The translations under genes were made by a program, and so were the position numbers. Shown here in pieces: positions 41,809 through 50,761 of a stretch of DNA of 64,000 nucleotides. Source of the stretch: Puniceicoccales bacterium. Lineage in GTDB: Bacteria > Verrucomicrobiota > Verrucomicrobiia > Opitutales > LL51. Location of the stretch: positions 286 to 64,285 of the forward strand of contig JAIRRZ010000021.1 in NCBI GenBank assembly GCA_031255715.1. The letters run 5' to 3'. Within the stretch, counting starts at the first letter, position 1. Each line of letters begins with the position of its first letter. The notes beneath the pieces were generated by a model. The model had not been told where the DNA came from. It saw nothing but the letters and a program-made list of their open reading frames with translations, and did no database searches.

Positions 41809-41979
41809 CACAAAGTAAATAAAACATTTATTAACCCTTAAAGGGTTTTCGTGAAAAAAATTCAATGTAAATCGCAAAACATAATTAGTTAATTTGATTT
41901 AGTTTAATTTAATTTATACTAAATTTTGCTCCACATTCGTCATGGTAATTTTTTATCAATAATATGTTTGCGATTTTAT

Positions 41980-42711
41980 ATGGGTTTTAAAAGTAAAAAT
42001 CATTCATCGAAAACAGACTTGAACGAAATATCTGGATTAATACCTTTCTTAAAGGTGAATATCTACAATCAGTCAGGTATTACGGTGGACGTACTCTCCA
42101 TTGGTCCTTTGCGAACAAATGTCGGACTCGTCATTTGCCAAGGATATGGAATCGTTATTGACGCTCCACCTGAATCTGCAGAGACGATTTTTTCCATCGC
42201 CCTGGAAAAAAAAATTTCATTAAAAGCACTATTAATTACCCATTACCATTGGGATCACATTGGTAGTGCATCGATTTTTCGTAAAAAAGGATTGGCGGTA
42301 TACGCCTATGCACTCGATGCCCCTTTTATAGAACATACAGCACGCGCAAAACTGCTATTGCCACTGGATTTTTCGATCGAATCTTGCAAAGTTGACCACA
42401 TTTTAAGCGACGGTGAAAACTTTATGTTACAAGAATTATCGATTCAAGCGCTATGGATTCCAGGACATACCGAAGGCGGCGCAGCATACTATTTCAAGGA
42501 CCTCAGCATTTGTTTCGTCGGTGATACGCTCTTTGCAGGAACCGTAGGGCGCTCCGATTTGCCAGGAGGTAATAAACATGCTTTATTTGAAAATATTCGC
42601 AAAAAACTGTATTCCCTTCCCGATGAAATACAGGTAATTCCCGGACACGGTTGGTTAACTACGATTGGCAAAGAAAAAAAAGAAAATTCATATGTCCGGC
42701 CCAAAAAATAA
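41980..42711 (+). CDS. Metallo-beta-lactamase-fold hydrolase (glyoxalase II-like)
   Basis: ITHYHWDHIG (HxHxDH), PGHTEGG, GDTLF and IPGHG are present. ATG 41980 is preferred over TTG 41926. Confidence 0.8.
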   Translation: MGFKSKNHSSKTDLNEISGLIPFLKVNIYNQSGITVDVLSIGPLRTNVGLVICQGYGIVIDAPPESAETIFSIALEKKISLKALLITHYHWDHIGSASIFRKKGLAVYAYALDAPFIEHTARAKLLLPLDFSIESCKVDHILSDGENFMLQELSIQALWIPGHTEGGAAYYFKDLSICFVGDTLFAGTVGRSDLPGGNKHALFENIRKKLYSLPDEIQVIPGHGWLTTIGKEKKENSYVRPKK

Positions 42712-43006
42712 TCTTTTAATTGAAATTTTATTATACACATGAACTTTTTATCATACGCATATTAATCGATCCCTATACACGCCTATAGGATTTGCTACCA
42801 GCTCCCATAAAGAAGCTCCCCCTATGGAGCGCTTCTGAAAAAATATTTTTACTCAAAGCAAAACACACATTTCAAAGACTAGCCCAAATATTCCGTACAT
42901 GAGCTAGAGTAATTCTAAAATCGTAACTAACGGCTTAAATTCGATCTACTCAAGTATGAATCCAAGTATAATTTCAAAAAATCAAAATCCACGCCATTGT
43001 AAAAAC

Positions 43007-43462
43007 TTAAAATTCACGTCGAATCAAGGCCTCTTTTTGCTCTGGATTCAAGACCACCACTTGCTCTGGACTCAAGGCTCCTATCTGCTCTAGCTTTAGG
43101 TGTTTAATTTGCTTCAACGTTAGGCATCCAATTTGCCATGGATCGAAGGCAGCAATTTGATCGACAGTGAAAGCTTGAATTTGATCTCCAACAAAGGCTT
43201 GAATTTGTCTGCGCGTAAAGGATTTAATTTGTTTTGGAGTAAAACACACAATTTGCCATGGCCAGAAAGACCACATTTGCCATGGACAAAAGGCTTTAAT
43301 TGCCTCCGTATCTAAGGCTAGGATTTCATCTTGTGTTAATTTCACAATTTGCGACACCGATAGGAATCGAATGCACCCTGGATCTATGCTGCCCAACAAC
43401 TTTCCCCAGAAAAAACTTCCCAGGAAAAGGCTTTTCAATAATTTTATGGTAATATTTTTCAT
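43007..43462 (-). CDS. Secreted protein made of about 14 octapeptide (L/F)xxxQIxx repeats
   Basis: The leader MKNITIKLLKSLFLGSFFWGKLLGS resembles the ANK-family leader. The body reads ...FTPKQIKS FTRRQIQA FVGDQIQA FTVDQIAA FDPWQIGC LTLKQIKH LKLEQIGA LSPEQVVV.... Confidence 0.7.
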   Translation of the reverse strand: MKNITIKLLKSLFLGSFFWGKLLGSIDPGCIRFLSVSQIVKLTQDEILALDTEAIKAFCPWQMWSFWPWQIVCFTPKQIKSFTRRQIQAFVGDQIQAFTVDQIAAFDPWQIGCLTLKQIKHLKLEQIGALSPEQVVVLNPEQKEALIRREF

Positions 43463-43608
43463 TTTTTTTCGTTAAAATTACATATGAATCCTGTAAATCT
43501 TTTTAAAAATGTCAATTATTTTTTAGAAAAGTTTATTTCTATTAGAAAAACGCAAAAACCATTGATAGGATGAACAATTTTGGAATTAAGCTATGGCCGT
43601 GGATTGCG

Positions 43609-44901
43609 CTATTTTTTTCGACTCGCCCTAAAGTTTTTCAATTCGCGAAAGTGTTCTGCCAAAATTTTTTCGGCACCGATTTCCTTCGGTTCATAAAATT
43701 TCTTCGACGTTAACATATATTCCTGCCCAGAAATGTTCCAATCGAAATCATGGCTGTACTGGTAAAATTTTCCATGCTGCAGTTTCTTCGATGCCATACC
43801 ATGTGCATCGCGTAGCCAAATCGGAACCGGCTCTTTCCCATGCTTTTTGATGTAAGCCATTGCTGCCTCCAATGCCAAATATGTCGAATTGCTCTTGGGC
43901 GCTAATGCACAAAATACAGTCGTGTGCGCCAAATTTAATCGGCACTCCGGCAATCCAATGCGCTCGCAGGCATCAAAACATGCATTGGCTACTAATATCG
44001 CCCGCGAATCCGCCAAACCTATGTCCTCTGAAGCAATGATCAATAGCCGCCGCGCTATAAATCGCGGATCTTCACCCCCCTCTAACATCACCGCTAACCA
44101 GTAAATCGCCGCATCCGGATCACACCCCCTAATACTTTTTATATATGCAGAAATTGTATTGTAATGTTCGTCCTCATCGGCATCATAGGTCACCTGCTGC
44201 TTGAATAAAAATTTTTCTGCTTGTTCAATAGTAATCAATGTTCCCGTCGGTGTATTGAGTACAATCGCTTCCAGAATATTGAGCGCCCTTCGCGAATCGC
44301 CATTGCACTGCTCCGCAATAAGATTAAGTGCATTCGCTTCAAAAGTACATCGCATACTCCCCAGTCCACGCTCGCAATCGACCAAAGCATTTTTTAATAT
44401 ATTTATAATTGATTCATTCGATAGCGGCTCTAATTCAATTAAATGACAGCGACTAAGCAATGGATTGATAATGTAAAAACCCGGATTATGCGTAGTCGCA
44501 CCAATTAACTGAATGGTTCCCGTTTCAACATCGGGAAGTAAAAGGTCCTGTTGCGATTTGTTGAAACGATGAATTTCGTCAATAAATAAAATGGTCCGTG
44601 CCAATGGATCACATTGGGCTGATTTTAGAGTTTCACGCAATTCGGTAACATTCGATAAAACAGCATTAATTTTTATAAAACGACGTTTTTCTTCACTGGC
44701 AATCGCTTCCGCAATGGACGTCTTTCCACTGCCCGGTGGACCATATAAAATTACGCTCCCTAGTGACTGGTTGCGTACAAGATCGACGAAAGGCGATCGC
44801 ATGAGCACATCTTGCCCAATAATTTCATCGAGATGGCGCGGACGCATGCGTACGGCCAATGGTCCCGAACGCATACAACAGGTCTCAAAAAATTCCGTCA
44901 T
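43609..44901 (-). CDS. rarA: Replication-associated recombination protein A (RarA/MgsA)
   Basis: PLAVRMRP..LDEIIGQ, GPPGSGKTS and LFIDEIHRFNKSQQD are present, with a C-terminal MgsA domain. The start may be 44901 (ATG), 44874, or TTG 44919. Confidence 0.9.
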   Translation of the reverse strand: MTEFFETCCMRSGPLAVRMRPRHLDEIIGQDVLMRSPFVDLVRNQSLGSVILYGPPGSGKTSIAEAIASEEKRRFIKINAVLSNVTELRETLKSAQCDPLARTILFIDEIHRFNKSQQDLLLPDVETGTIQLIGATTHNPGFYIINPLLSRCHLIELEPLSNESIINILKNALVDCERGLGSMRCTFEANALNLIAEQCNGDSRRALNILEAIVLNTPTGTLITIEQAEKFLFKQQVTYDADEDEHYNTISAYIKSIRGCDPDAAIYWLAVMLEGGEDPRFIARRLLIIASEDIGLADSRAILVANACFDACERIGLPECRLNLAHTTVFCALAPKSNSTYLALEAAMAYIKKHGKEPVPIWLRDAHGMASKKLQHGKFYQYSHDFDWNISGQEYMLTSKKFYEPKEIGAEKILAEHFRELKNFRASRKK

Positions 44902-44935
44902 TAAAAAAAATCTATGCAAAGAAGCTCCCCGTTGT

Positions 44936-45142
44936 AAATGGTAGAGTTCTCAGAGAGCGAAACCTTCTGAACTCCCGCAAGAATCCATGGACTCCTTGAC
45001 TTCGGTACGCAGCTTCTCCGGAGGGCCCCAGGATCCCTCGGTCGTCCGGCACCTTGGGCGATGCCGGACAGATATCCAGCTCCAAGGGACAAATCCCCTG
45101 GACCTGGATTTTAAGGGCGCGCAGCCCTTAGGGCAAAAATAT
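44936..45142. repeat. GC-rich intergenic repeat element, copy 2 (same orientation as copy 1)
   Basis: CTCCTTGACTTCGG, hairpin GTCCGGCA-N10-TGCCGGAC, ATCCCCTGG, and terminal hairpin TAAGGGC-GCGC-AGCCCTTA (45112-45130) are present. Confidence 0.65.
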
Positions 45143-45545
45143 CGAACCAGGAAAGTTTTTCCACAAGTGTTTGTGTTGCAAAAATTGGAAATTGATTAAT
45201 AAGTGCAAGGGCAATGGCATCACTTGGACGCGCATCAAGGCATAGAAGAGTTCCTTTATTATTCAGAATAATCTTTGCAAAAAAAATTCCTTCGAAGGTA
45301 TCATCGATAACAATGGCTTGAACCGTAGCACCGAGAGCAGTAATACAATTCGAAAGTAACGTAAACGTATTGGGACGCTTAGCTATTTGTTTTTTTAGAA
45401 GATCGCGAAGAAGATTACCTGCTTCAACTGAAACATGAATCGGAAAACTTTTCCCATTAGTATGATTTTGCATAATCAGGGAAGAAGCCCCACTGGAAAA
45501 AACGATATCAGAAACAGAAATCCCAACCAAATCAACATAAACCAT
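45111..45545 (-). CDS. Bifunctional nuclease (BFN/DUF151) family protein
   Basis: LDARPSDAIALAL..FPIF is the signature. The last 7 codons (ALRAARP) and the stop lie inside the terminal hairpin of repeat copy 2. Confidence 0.75.
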   Translation of the reverse strand: MVYVDLVGISVSDIVFSSGASSLIMQNHTNGKSFPIHVSVEAGNLLRDLLKKQIAKRPNTFTLLSNCITALGATVQAIVIDDTFEGIFFAKIILNNKGTLLCLDARPSDAIALALINQFPIFATQTLVEKLSWFDIFALRAARP

Positions 45546-45707
45546 GATCCTATTCTGTTGAAATTAGATTTTCTCGCAAGCAGAAAATCTCTATAAAAAC
45601 CTTCACTAATTGCAATAATAAAAATATAAAAAACTCACAAAAACTCAAAATAAACGGACAAAATCTCATAAATTTCTTAAAATTATTATCAAATATTGAA
45701 TATATTT

Positions 45708-47543
45708 CTATTCCACAGTGACAGACTTAGCCAAATTGCGAGGACGATCGACATCGCAACCTCGTAATATCCCAACATAATAGGCAAAAAATTGCAACGG
45801 GATAATCGAAACAATTGGATTAATCCCGGAATGTACTTCGGGAATAGTAAGTACTTCGTCACAGACTTCCCTGGCAATACAATTATTATTTACAATTGCA
45901 ATTATTTTTCCTCCACGTGCCTTTATTTCTTGTATATTATTCATCGTTTTATCTAACAATTCATTTTGTGTCGCAATAAATAGGCAAACTGTCCCTTCGG
46001 AAACCAGCGCAATTGGGCCATGTTTCATTTCTGCCGTTGGAAATGCTTCCGCATGAACATAAGCAATTTCCTTTAATTTAAGTGCTCCTTCCAGTGCAAC
46101 CGGGTACATTGCCTGACGACCTAAAAATAAAAATCGCTTATAATTGTGATATTTTTTCGCAATTAACTGGATTGAATTGGATAATTTTAGCACTTCGCCT
46201 ATGATAACTGGTAATGATTTCAACGCTTGGACATATTGTACCCCAACAACCGTATCCATATCGCGTATCCGTGCTAATAGAAGTGCAAGCATTGACAGAA
46301 TTGTAATTTGCGAAGCAAAGGCTTTTGTCGAAGCCACACCCATTTCAAGCCCTGCATGCTGGTAAATACCCGCATCCGTTGCTCGCGCAATCGTTGAACC
46401 GACGACATTCGTAATACCTAGAACCGTATAACCTCGGCGCTTGGCCTCATGAAGCGCAGCCAGTGTATCAATGGTTTCTCCGGATTGACTTACTACGAAA
46501 ACGAGTGTATTGCGTTGAAAAGGTGCATTACGATAGCGAAATTCCGAAGCATGCTCAACGTCCACAGGAATGCGTGCGTATTTTTCGATGAGGTATTTTC
46601 CTTCCAAACATGCATGATAGGCACTACCACAGGCACAGAAAAGTAGATGATCCACTGCACGCAATTCCTGAGGTGTCAGTGAAATACCACCAAATTTTGT
46701 CGAACAACCATCCGTTGTAAAACGTCCGCGCATTGCATTTTCGATGACCGAAGGCTGCTCAAAAATCTCTTTCAACATGTAATGAGGATAACCTTCGAGG
46801 TCCATATCATGAATTTCCCAATCGAGTTCATGGCAAACAACATCGACTGTATTTTCATGGAGCGTCGTAATCAAAAAGTTATCGGAACGTACGGAAGCAA
46901 CTTCGCCATCGTTCAAATAGACAACACGCTTGGTATAGCGGGCAACGGCAGCGGCATCACTAGCAATAATATTTTCGCCTTCACCGAGACCAATCAATAG
47001 CGGTGAACTTTTACGTGCAATCACAATTTCATTGGCAAAAATTTCACTCATAACAGCAATCCCATAGGTACCTTTGATGTGAAGCAACGTTTTGCGAACG
47101 ATTTCCGCAAAATACGAGCAAGGAGCTTTCTGATAGTGATAGTCTATGAGATTAACAAGTACTTCCGTATCCGTATCGGAATGGAAAGTGTAATTTTTTT
47201 CGATTAAAAATGCCTTAATTTGTGCGTAATTTTCGACAATACCATTGTGGACGATGGCGAAATTGCCGCCAGTACTCAGATGGGGATGAGCATTACATTC
47301 AGAAACATTGCCGTGAGTTGCCCAACGGGTATGACCGATACCGATAGAACCGCGATAGGAAAAATTAATTTGAGCTCTGGCAAGTTCTGCAACTTTCCCG
47401 ACTCGTTTGAGCGAAAAAATATTTCCTTTATCTAGAACGGCAATCCCTGCCGAATCATACCCACGATATTCCATACGTTTCAAGCCATCAATGAGAATAC
47501 CATTAGCTTCCTTTTGTCCGATATATCCAACAATTCCACACAT
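45708..47543 (-). CDS. glmS: Glutamine-fructose-6-phosphate aminotransferase
   Basis: N-terminal MCGIVGY (Ntn Cys), two SIS domains (VSQSGET) and the C-terminal PRNLAKSVTVE are present. Confidence 0.97.
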   Translation of the reverse strand: MCGIVGYIGQKEANGILIDGLKRMEYRGYDSAGIAVLDKGNIFSLKRVGKVAELARAQINFSYRGSIGIGHTRWATHGNVSECNAHPHLSTGGNFAIVHNGIVENYAQIKAFLIEKNYTFHSDTDTEVLVNLIDYHYQKAPCSYFAEIVRKTLLHIKGTYGIAVMSEIFANEIVIARKSSPLLIGLGEGENIIASDAAAVARYTKRVVYLNDGEVASVRSDNFLITTLHENTVDVVCHELDWEIHDMDLEGYPHYMLKEIFEQPSVIENAMRGRFTTDGCSTKFGGISLTPQELRAVDHLLFCACGSAYHACLEGKYLIEKYARIPVDVEHASEFRYRNAPFQRNTLVFVVSQSGETIDTLAALHEAKRRGYTVLGITNVVGSTIARATDAGIYQHAGLEMGVASTKAFASQITILSMLALLLARIRDMDTVVGVQYVQALKSLPVIIGEVLKLSNSIQLIAKKYHNYKRFLFLGRQAMYPVALEGALKLKEIAYVHAEAFPTAEMKHGPIALVSEGTVCLFIATQNELLDKTMNNIQEIKARGGKIIAIVNNNCIAREVCDEVLTIPEVHSGINPIVSIIPLQFFAYYVGILRGCDVDRPRNLAKSVTVE

Positions 47544-48013
47544 AACATTTTTCTAATTTTTTAGAAAAAAACAGCAACACCTCATTGCCAATCCAATTTT
47601 TACATTATAAAAACAATAAATACTCTTCATAAAGTGATTACGAAATAATATTTCGTGGTGATTTTTGTTTATGTCAATGATTATTTTTTTAAAAAATTTG
47701 CAAAAACAATGTTTCCGTGGATGCATTTTGAATGCAGCATTTTTACCCTAAGTTTGAAAATTTCCTCTGACAAAAACATTTTTTAGTAATACAATTAAAG
47801 TCACGAATCGGCATAATAGGCTTATGGGGTTTGATATTGCGGCAACTATACCTGAAATAGTGCATGTTATCGGGGCCACCCTTGGATATGGGTTTCGAAA
47901 TAATAGTGTCCAATCCCAAAACTGCAAAGGTCCCTATTGACGAGCTATTTCTCTTGCAGAGGCACGATTTATTTGCGACCATGGATTATTCTGCGATTGT
48001 TTTGACAATCCAA

Positions 48014-48040
48014 TTGACAAAAACTCCCACTCTTTAGTAT
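48014..48040 (+). promoter_or_regulatory. Sigma70-type promoter of the 48052 gene (same TTGACA..TAGTAT type as the ANK genes)
   Basis: TTGACA (48014-48019), N15, TAGTAT (48035-48040). Confidence 0.45.
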
Positions 48041-48051
48041 CAAAAATTGAT

Positions 48052-49473
48052 ATGGATTACAAAATTCTAAATAAAAAAATACAATTAACAACCTTTTTCC
48101 TAGCTATTCCATTTTACATCAGTTTACAGGCAAGTGAGGAAGATGTTGGGAATGATCTGCAACCTTCGAGGAGGCATAACCCAATTTTACCCTCAGACCA
48201 AGCATCACAAACACTCATTGGTCAAACTAAACGCACAACATTAACTCCCAAAGAAAAGCAAATATCGAAATTAATAGGACGTCAATTTTTTCAATTGAGG
48301 AACAATGATATCGCTAGCAGAAGTCCATCCATCGGTCTATACGCTCTTGTAGCCATTGAACAAAAATCCAGCAATGATGAGAAAAACGGCCAACCAATCA
48401 CACTAGAATATGATGAACTTAAGCAAACTATAGCACAAATTTTTCCTAACAATCCAAAACCGCTTAGTGTGAAAATCGATCCCCATTTTGTTCAACAAAT
48501 TGCCGAAAAGACTAACATGTCTATTCTTTTCATTCATATAGGAAATAGAGGCTGTTCCTACGGCCCAGGTCCCATAGATATTGTCAAACGGATCATTTTT
48601 GTGAAGCGGGACGGAAAAGTTTTAACGCAAAACTCATGGTTTTTTGATGATCATTTAATAAATGATATCATTAATATCATTAGCCAATGCGGTTCTAACA
48701 CTGCAGTCGTTTGTTACAATAGTCATCTCGGGCGTACCGTATTTTCAACGCCAAATGGTCAAATTTTCGCTATATCACAGAAAGCTAATGCTCAAACACG
48801 GTCTCATCAAACAGCAATTGTTAATATCTCCAAAAAACGTACAATTAGGAATATCGGTCTTTCAGCATCTTTGTTAGCTGTGATATATGTTTTGAAAAAA
48901 ATCGTATTGCCAACGATCACGCAATATCAAAATTCCATGAATTTTACGGAAATTGTACAGCCACTGAAGCAAAAAGCTTCGCAACTTTTTGATCAAATTT
49001 CCATGAATTTTACGAAAACTGTACAGTTAGTGAAGCAAAAAGCTTCGCACCTTTTTGATCAAATTATTCCATCATCAGATTCTTCCTGTAGCCAAGCATG
49101 TGAATCCTCTTCAATGCCCAATTCAACAGCAACTCCGTCGCCCTCTCCTAGCCCGGTGTTGGGATCCTCTTCAATGCCCAATTCAACAGCAACTCCGTCG
49201 CCCTCTCCTAGTCCGGTGTTGGGATCCTCTTCAATACCCAATTCAACAGCAACTCCGTCGCCCTCTCCTAGCCCGGTGTTGGGATCCTCTCCAATACCCA
49301 ATCCAACAACAACTCCGTCGCCCTCTCCTAGTCCGGTGTTGGGATCCTCTCCAATACCCACAACAACAACTCCGTCGCCCTCTCCTGACCCAGCGCAGAA
49401 ATCCTCTTTAATGCTCACAATCCAACAGCAACTCCATCGCTTTTTCCCGGCCTTGCACGTGAATCCTTTCTAA
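48052..49473 (+). CDS. Secreted/membrane-anchored hypothetical protein with a Pro/Ser/Thr-rich repeat tail
   Basis: The signal peptide is ...LTTFFLAIPFYISLQA|SEE. An internal TM reads IGLSASLLAVIYVLKKIVL. A 22-aa duplication (SMNFTEIVQPLKQKASQLFDQI x2, 48934-49065) is followed by 20-aa repeats SSSMPNSTATPSPSPSPVLG. Confidence 0.75.
   Translation: MDYKILNKKIQLTTFFLAIPFYISLQASEEDVGNDLQPSRRHNPILPSDQASQTLIGQTKRTTLTPKEKQISKLIGRQFFQLRNNDIASRSPSIGLYALVAIEQKSSNDEKNGQPITLEYDELKQTIAQIFPNNPKPLSVKIDPHFVQQIAEKTNMSILFIHIGNRGCSYGPGPIDIVKRIIFVKRDGKVLTQNSWFFDDHLINDIINIISQCGSNTAVVCYNSHLGRTVFSTPNGQIFAISQKANAQTRSHQTAIVNISKKRTIRNIGLSASLLAVIYVLKKIVLPTITQYQNSMNFTEIVQPLKQKASQLFDQISMNFTKTVQLVKQKASHLFDQIIPSSDSSCSQACESSSMPNSTATPSPSPSPVLGSSSMPNSTATPSPSPSPVLGSSSIPNSTATPSPSPSPVLGSSPIPNPTTTPSPSPSPVLGSSPIPTTTTPSPSPDPAQKSSLMLTIQQQLHRFFPALHVNPF
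49104..49390. repeat. 60-bp in-frame tandem repeat (about 4.7 copies)
   Basis: Sequence lines 49141, 49201, 49261 and 49321 are nearly superimposable, giving an exact 60-bp period. Confidence 0.9.
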
Positions 49474-49572
49474 TTTAGAAGATAACTTCTGGGCTAAGAA
49501 GATAGAATATTCTTCAAACCCATTAAAATTATTGCCAATTAATGTAAACCGGTTCCCTCTGTGGAACCGCTT

Positions 49573-50160
49573 TTACTTTTCTGAAATAAAAACCAGCGAA
49601 TGGGCAGCGATTTTGGGAAACAGTTCAATTATATCACTATTTCGCATACCGATACATCCGCAAGTCCAAGGAATACCTATCTTTTTCTCATTCGTTATGC
49701 CGTGAATGTAAATATATCGACTATAGGTATCGCAATTTCCACCCAAATTATATCCTTCCTGAAGTCCCTTTAGTCGCAAGATTCGGCTCGTCACATAGCC
49801 TTTTGTTTCCCAATCGCCATATTCCGTAAAAATTTTTCCAGTATTTTTTCGACCTATAAAAACCGTCCCCCAGGGAATTCCTTCGCCAATTTTATCGGCA
49901 ATTTCATGCAATCCTAAAGGTGTACCATCCGAGTCTTGAATTTGGCTAATGCCCTTCACCGCCGTGGAAATTACATAAGTCGATTCGAAGCGCGCTTCAC
50001 TGTAGAAATACATACGCTGATCCTTGACTGAAACGTATAAACATTGGGACGTAATCCTGAGACCAATGGTATTACAGGCAAAAACAATTTCGTCATAATA
50101 ACATACACTCATCGATGACCCATAAAATACCTCAGCCAATTTCGAACAAAAATGCGCCAC
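49573..50160 (-). CDS. L,D-transpeptidase (YkuD) domain protein, no evident signal peptide
   Basis: The catalytic motif is IHGITNEKKIGIPWTCGCIGMRNSD (H...(S/T)xGCxxM). The start is GTG 50160 or ATG 50112. Confidence 0.75.
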   Translation of the reverse strand: MAHFCSKLAEVFYGSSMSVCYYDEIVFACNTIGLRITSQCLYVSVKDQRMYFYSEARFESTYVISTAVKGISQIQDSDGTPLGLHEIADKIGEGIPWGTVFIGRKNTGKIFTEYGDWETKGYVTSRILRLKGLQEGYNLGGNCDTYSRYIYIHGITNEKKIGIPWTCGCIGMRNSDIIELFPKIAAHSLVFISEK

Positions 50161-50274
50161 ATTTCAAAATAATTCTTATATGCAATATGACTTTCGTTAA
50201 GATAATTAACCCTTCGTTAATTAGATGCTGAAAAGTTTAGCGGTCAATAAATTCACAATACAACAACAAAACAC

Positions 50275-50511
50275 TTAAACGATAGCCTTTTGAATCTTAC
50301 CCGCCTTGATTGCTTTCACACAAACGAGTACGCGTTTCACTTGCCCAGAAGGCAAAACGATACGCACACGCTGTAAATTTGCTTTAAAAACGCGCCTTGT
50401 TCGCTTAATAATGTGTGTACCAATACCACCACTCTTTCGCGTCTGACCACGCCGACGAATGCGACTTCCCTTAACTTGACTCTTACCCGTAATAAAACAA
50501 ACTCTGGACAT
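50275..50511 (-). CDS. rpmB: 50S ribosomal protein L28
   Basis: The sequence runs MSRVCFITGK...RVFKANLQ. ATG 50511 is preceded by AGGGGG, so the 50541 start is rejected. Confidence 0.9.
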   Translation of the reverse strand: MSRVCFITGKSQVKGSRIRRRGQTRKSGGIGTHIIKRTRRVFKANLQRVRIVLPSGQVKRVLVCVKAIKAGKIQKAIV

Positions 50512-50761
50512 TATTTTCCCCCTTTCTTTAATGAAATTCATTCAAAAAAATTTGCAAACCTTTTTAGTAGCATACAATAAAAAAATAAGAAGCTTTATTC
50601 AGTAAACTTTACTCCAAAATAAAAGATATCTCGAGTGCTTAAAATACACCACCCGAGACTCTAACATTTAAAGGTTAAATTCCCAACACTTCCCTTTCTT
50701 CTTTAAAAAGAACCATCTAAAAAAATCCTATAAACATCTTAGATGATATGAATAAAAAAAA

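Noticed and set aside
47544-47760. glmS ribozyme in the 5' leader of glmS
   Set aside because: The leader is very AT-rich. It lacks the conserved core strings (e.g. AGCGCC and GACGAGG; no CCTCGTC on the plus strand).
47743-47982. 79-aa minus-strand ORF in the glmS/48052 spacer
   Set aside because: No RBS or motif is present. The ORF is Cys/Lys-rich and of random appearance. It overlaps the likely promoter region of the 48052 gene.
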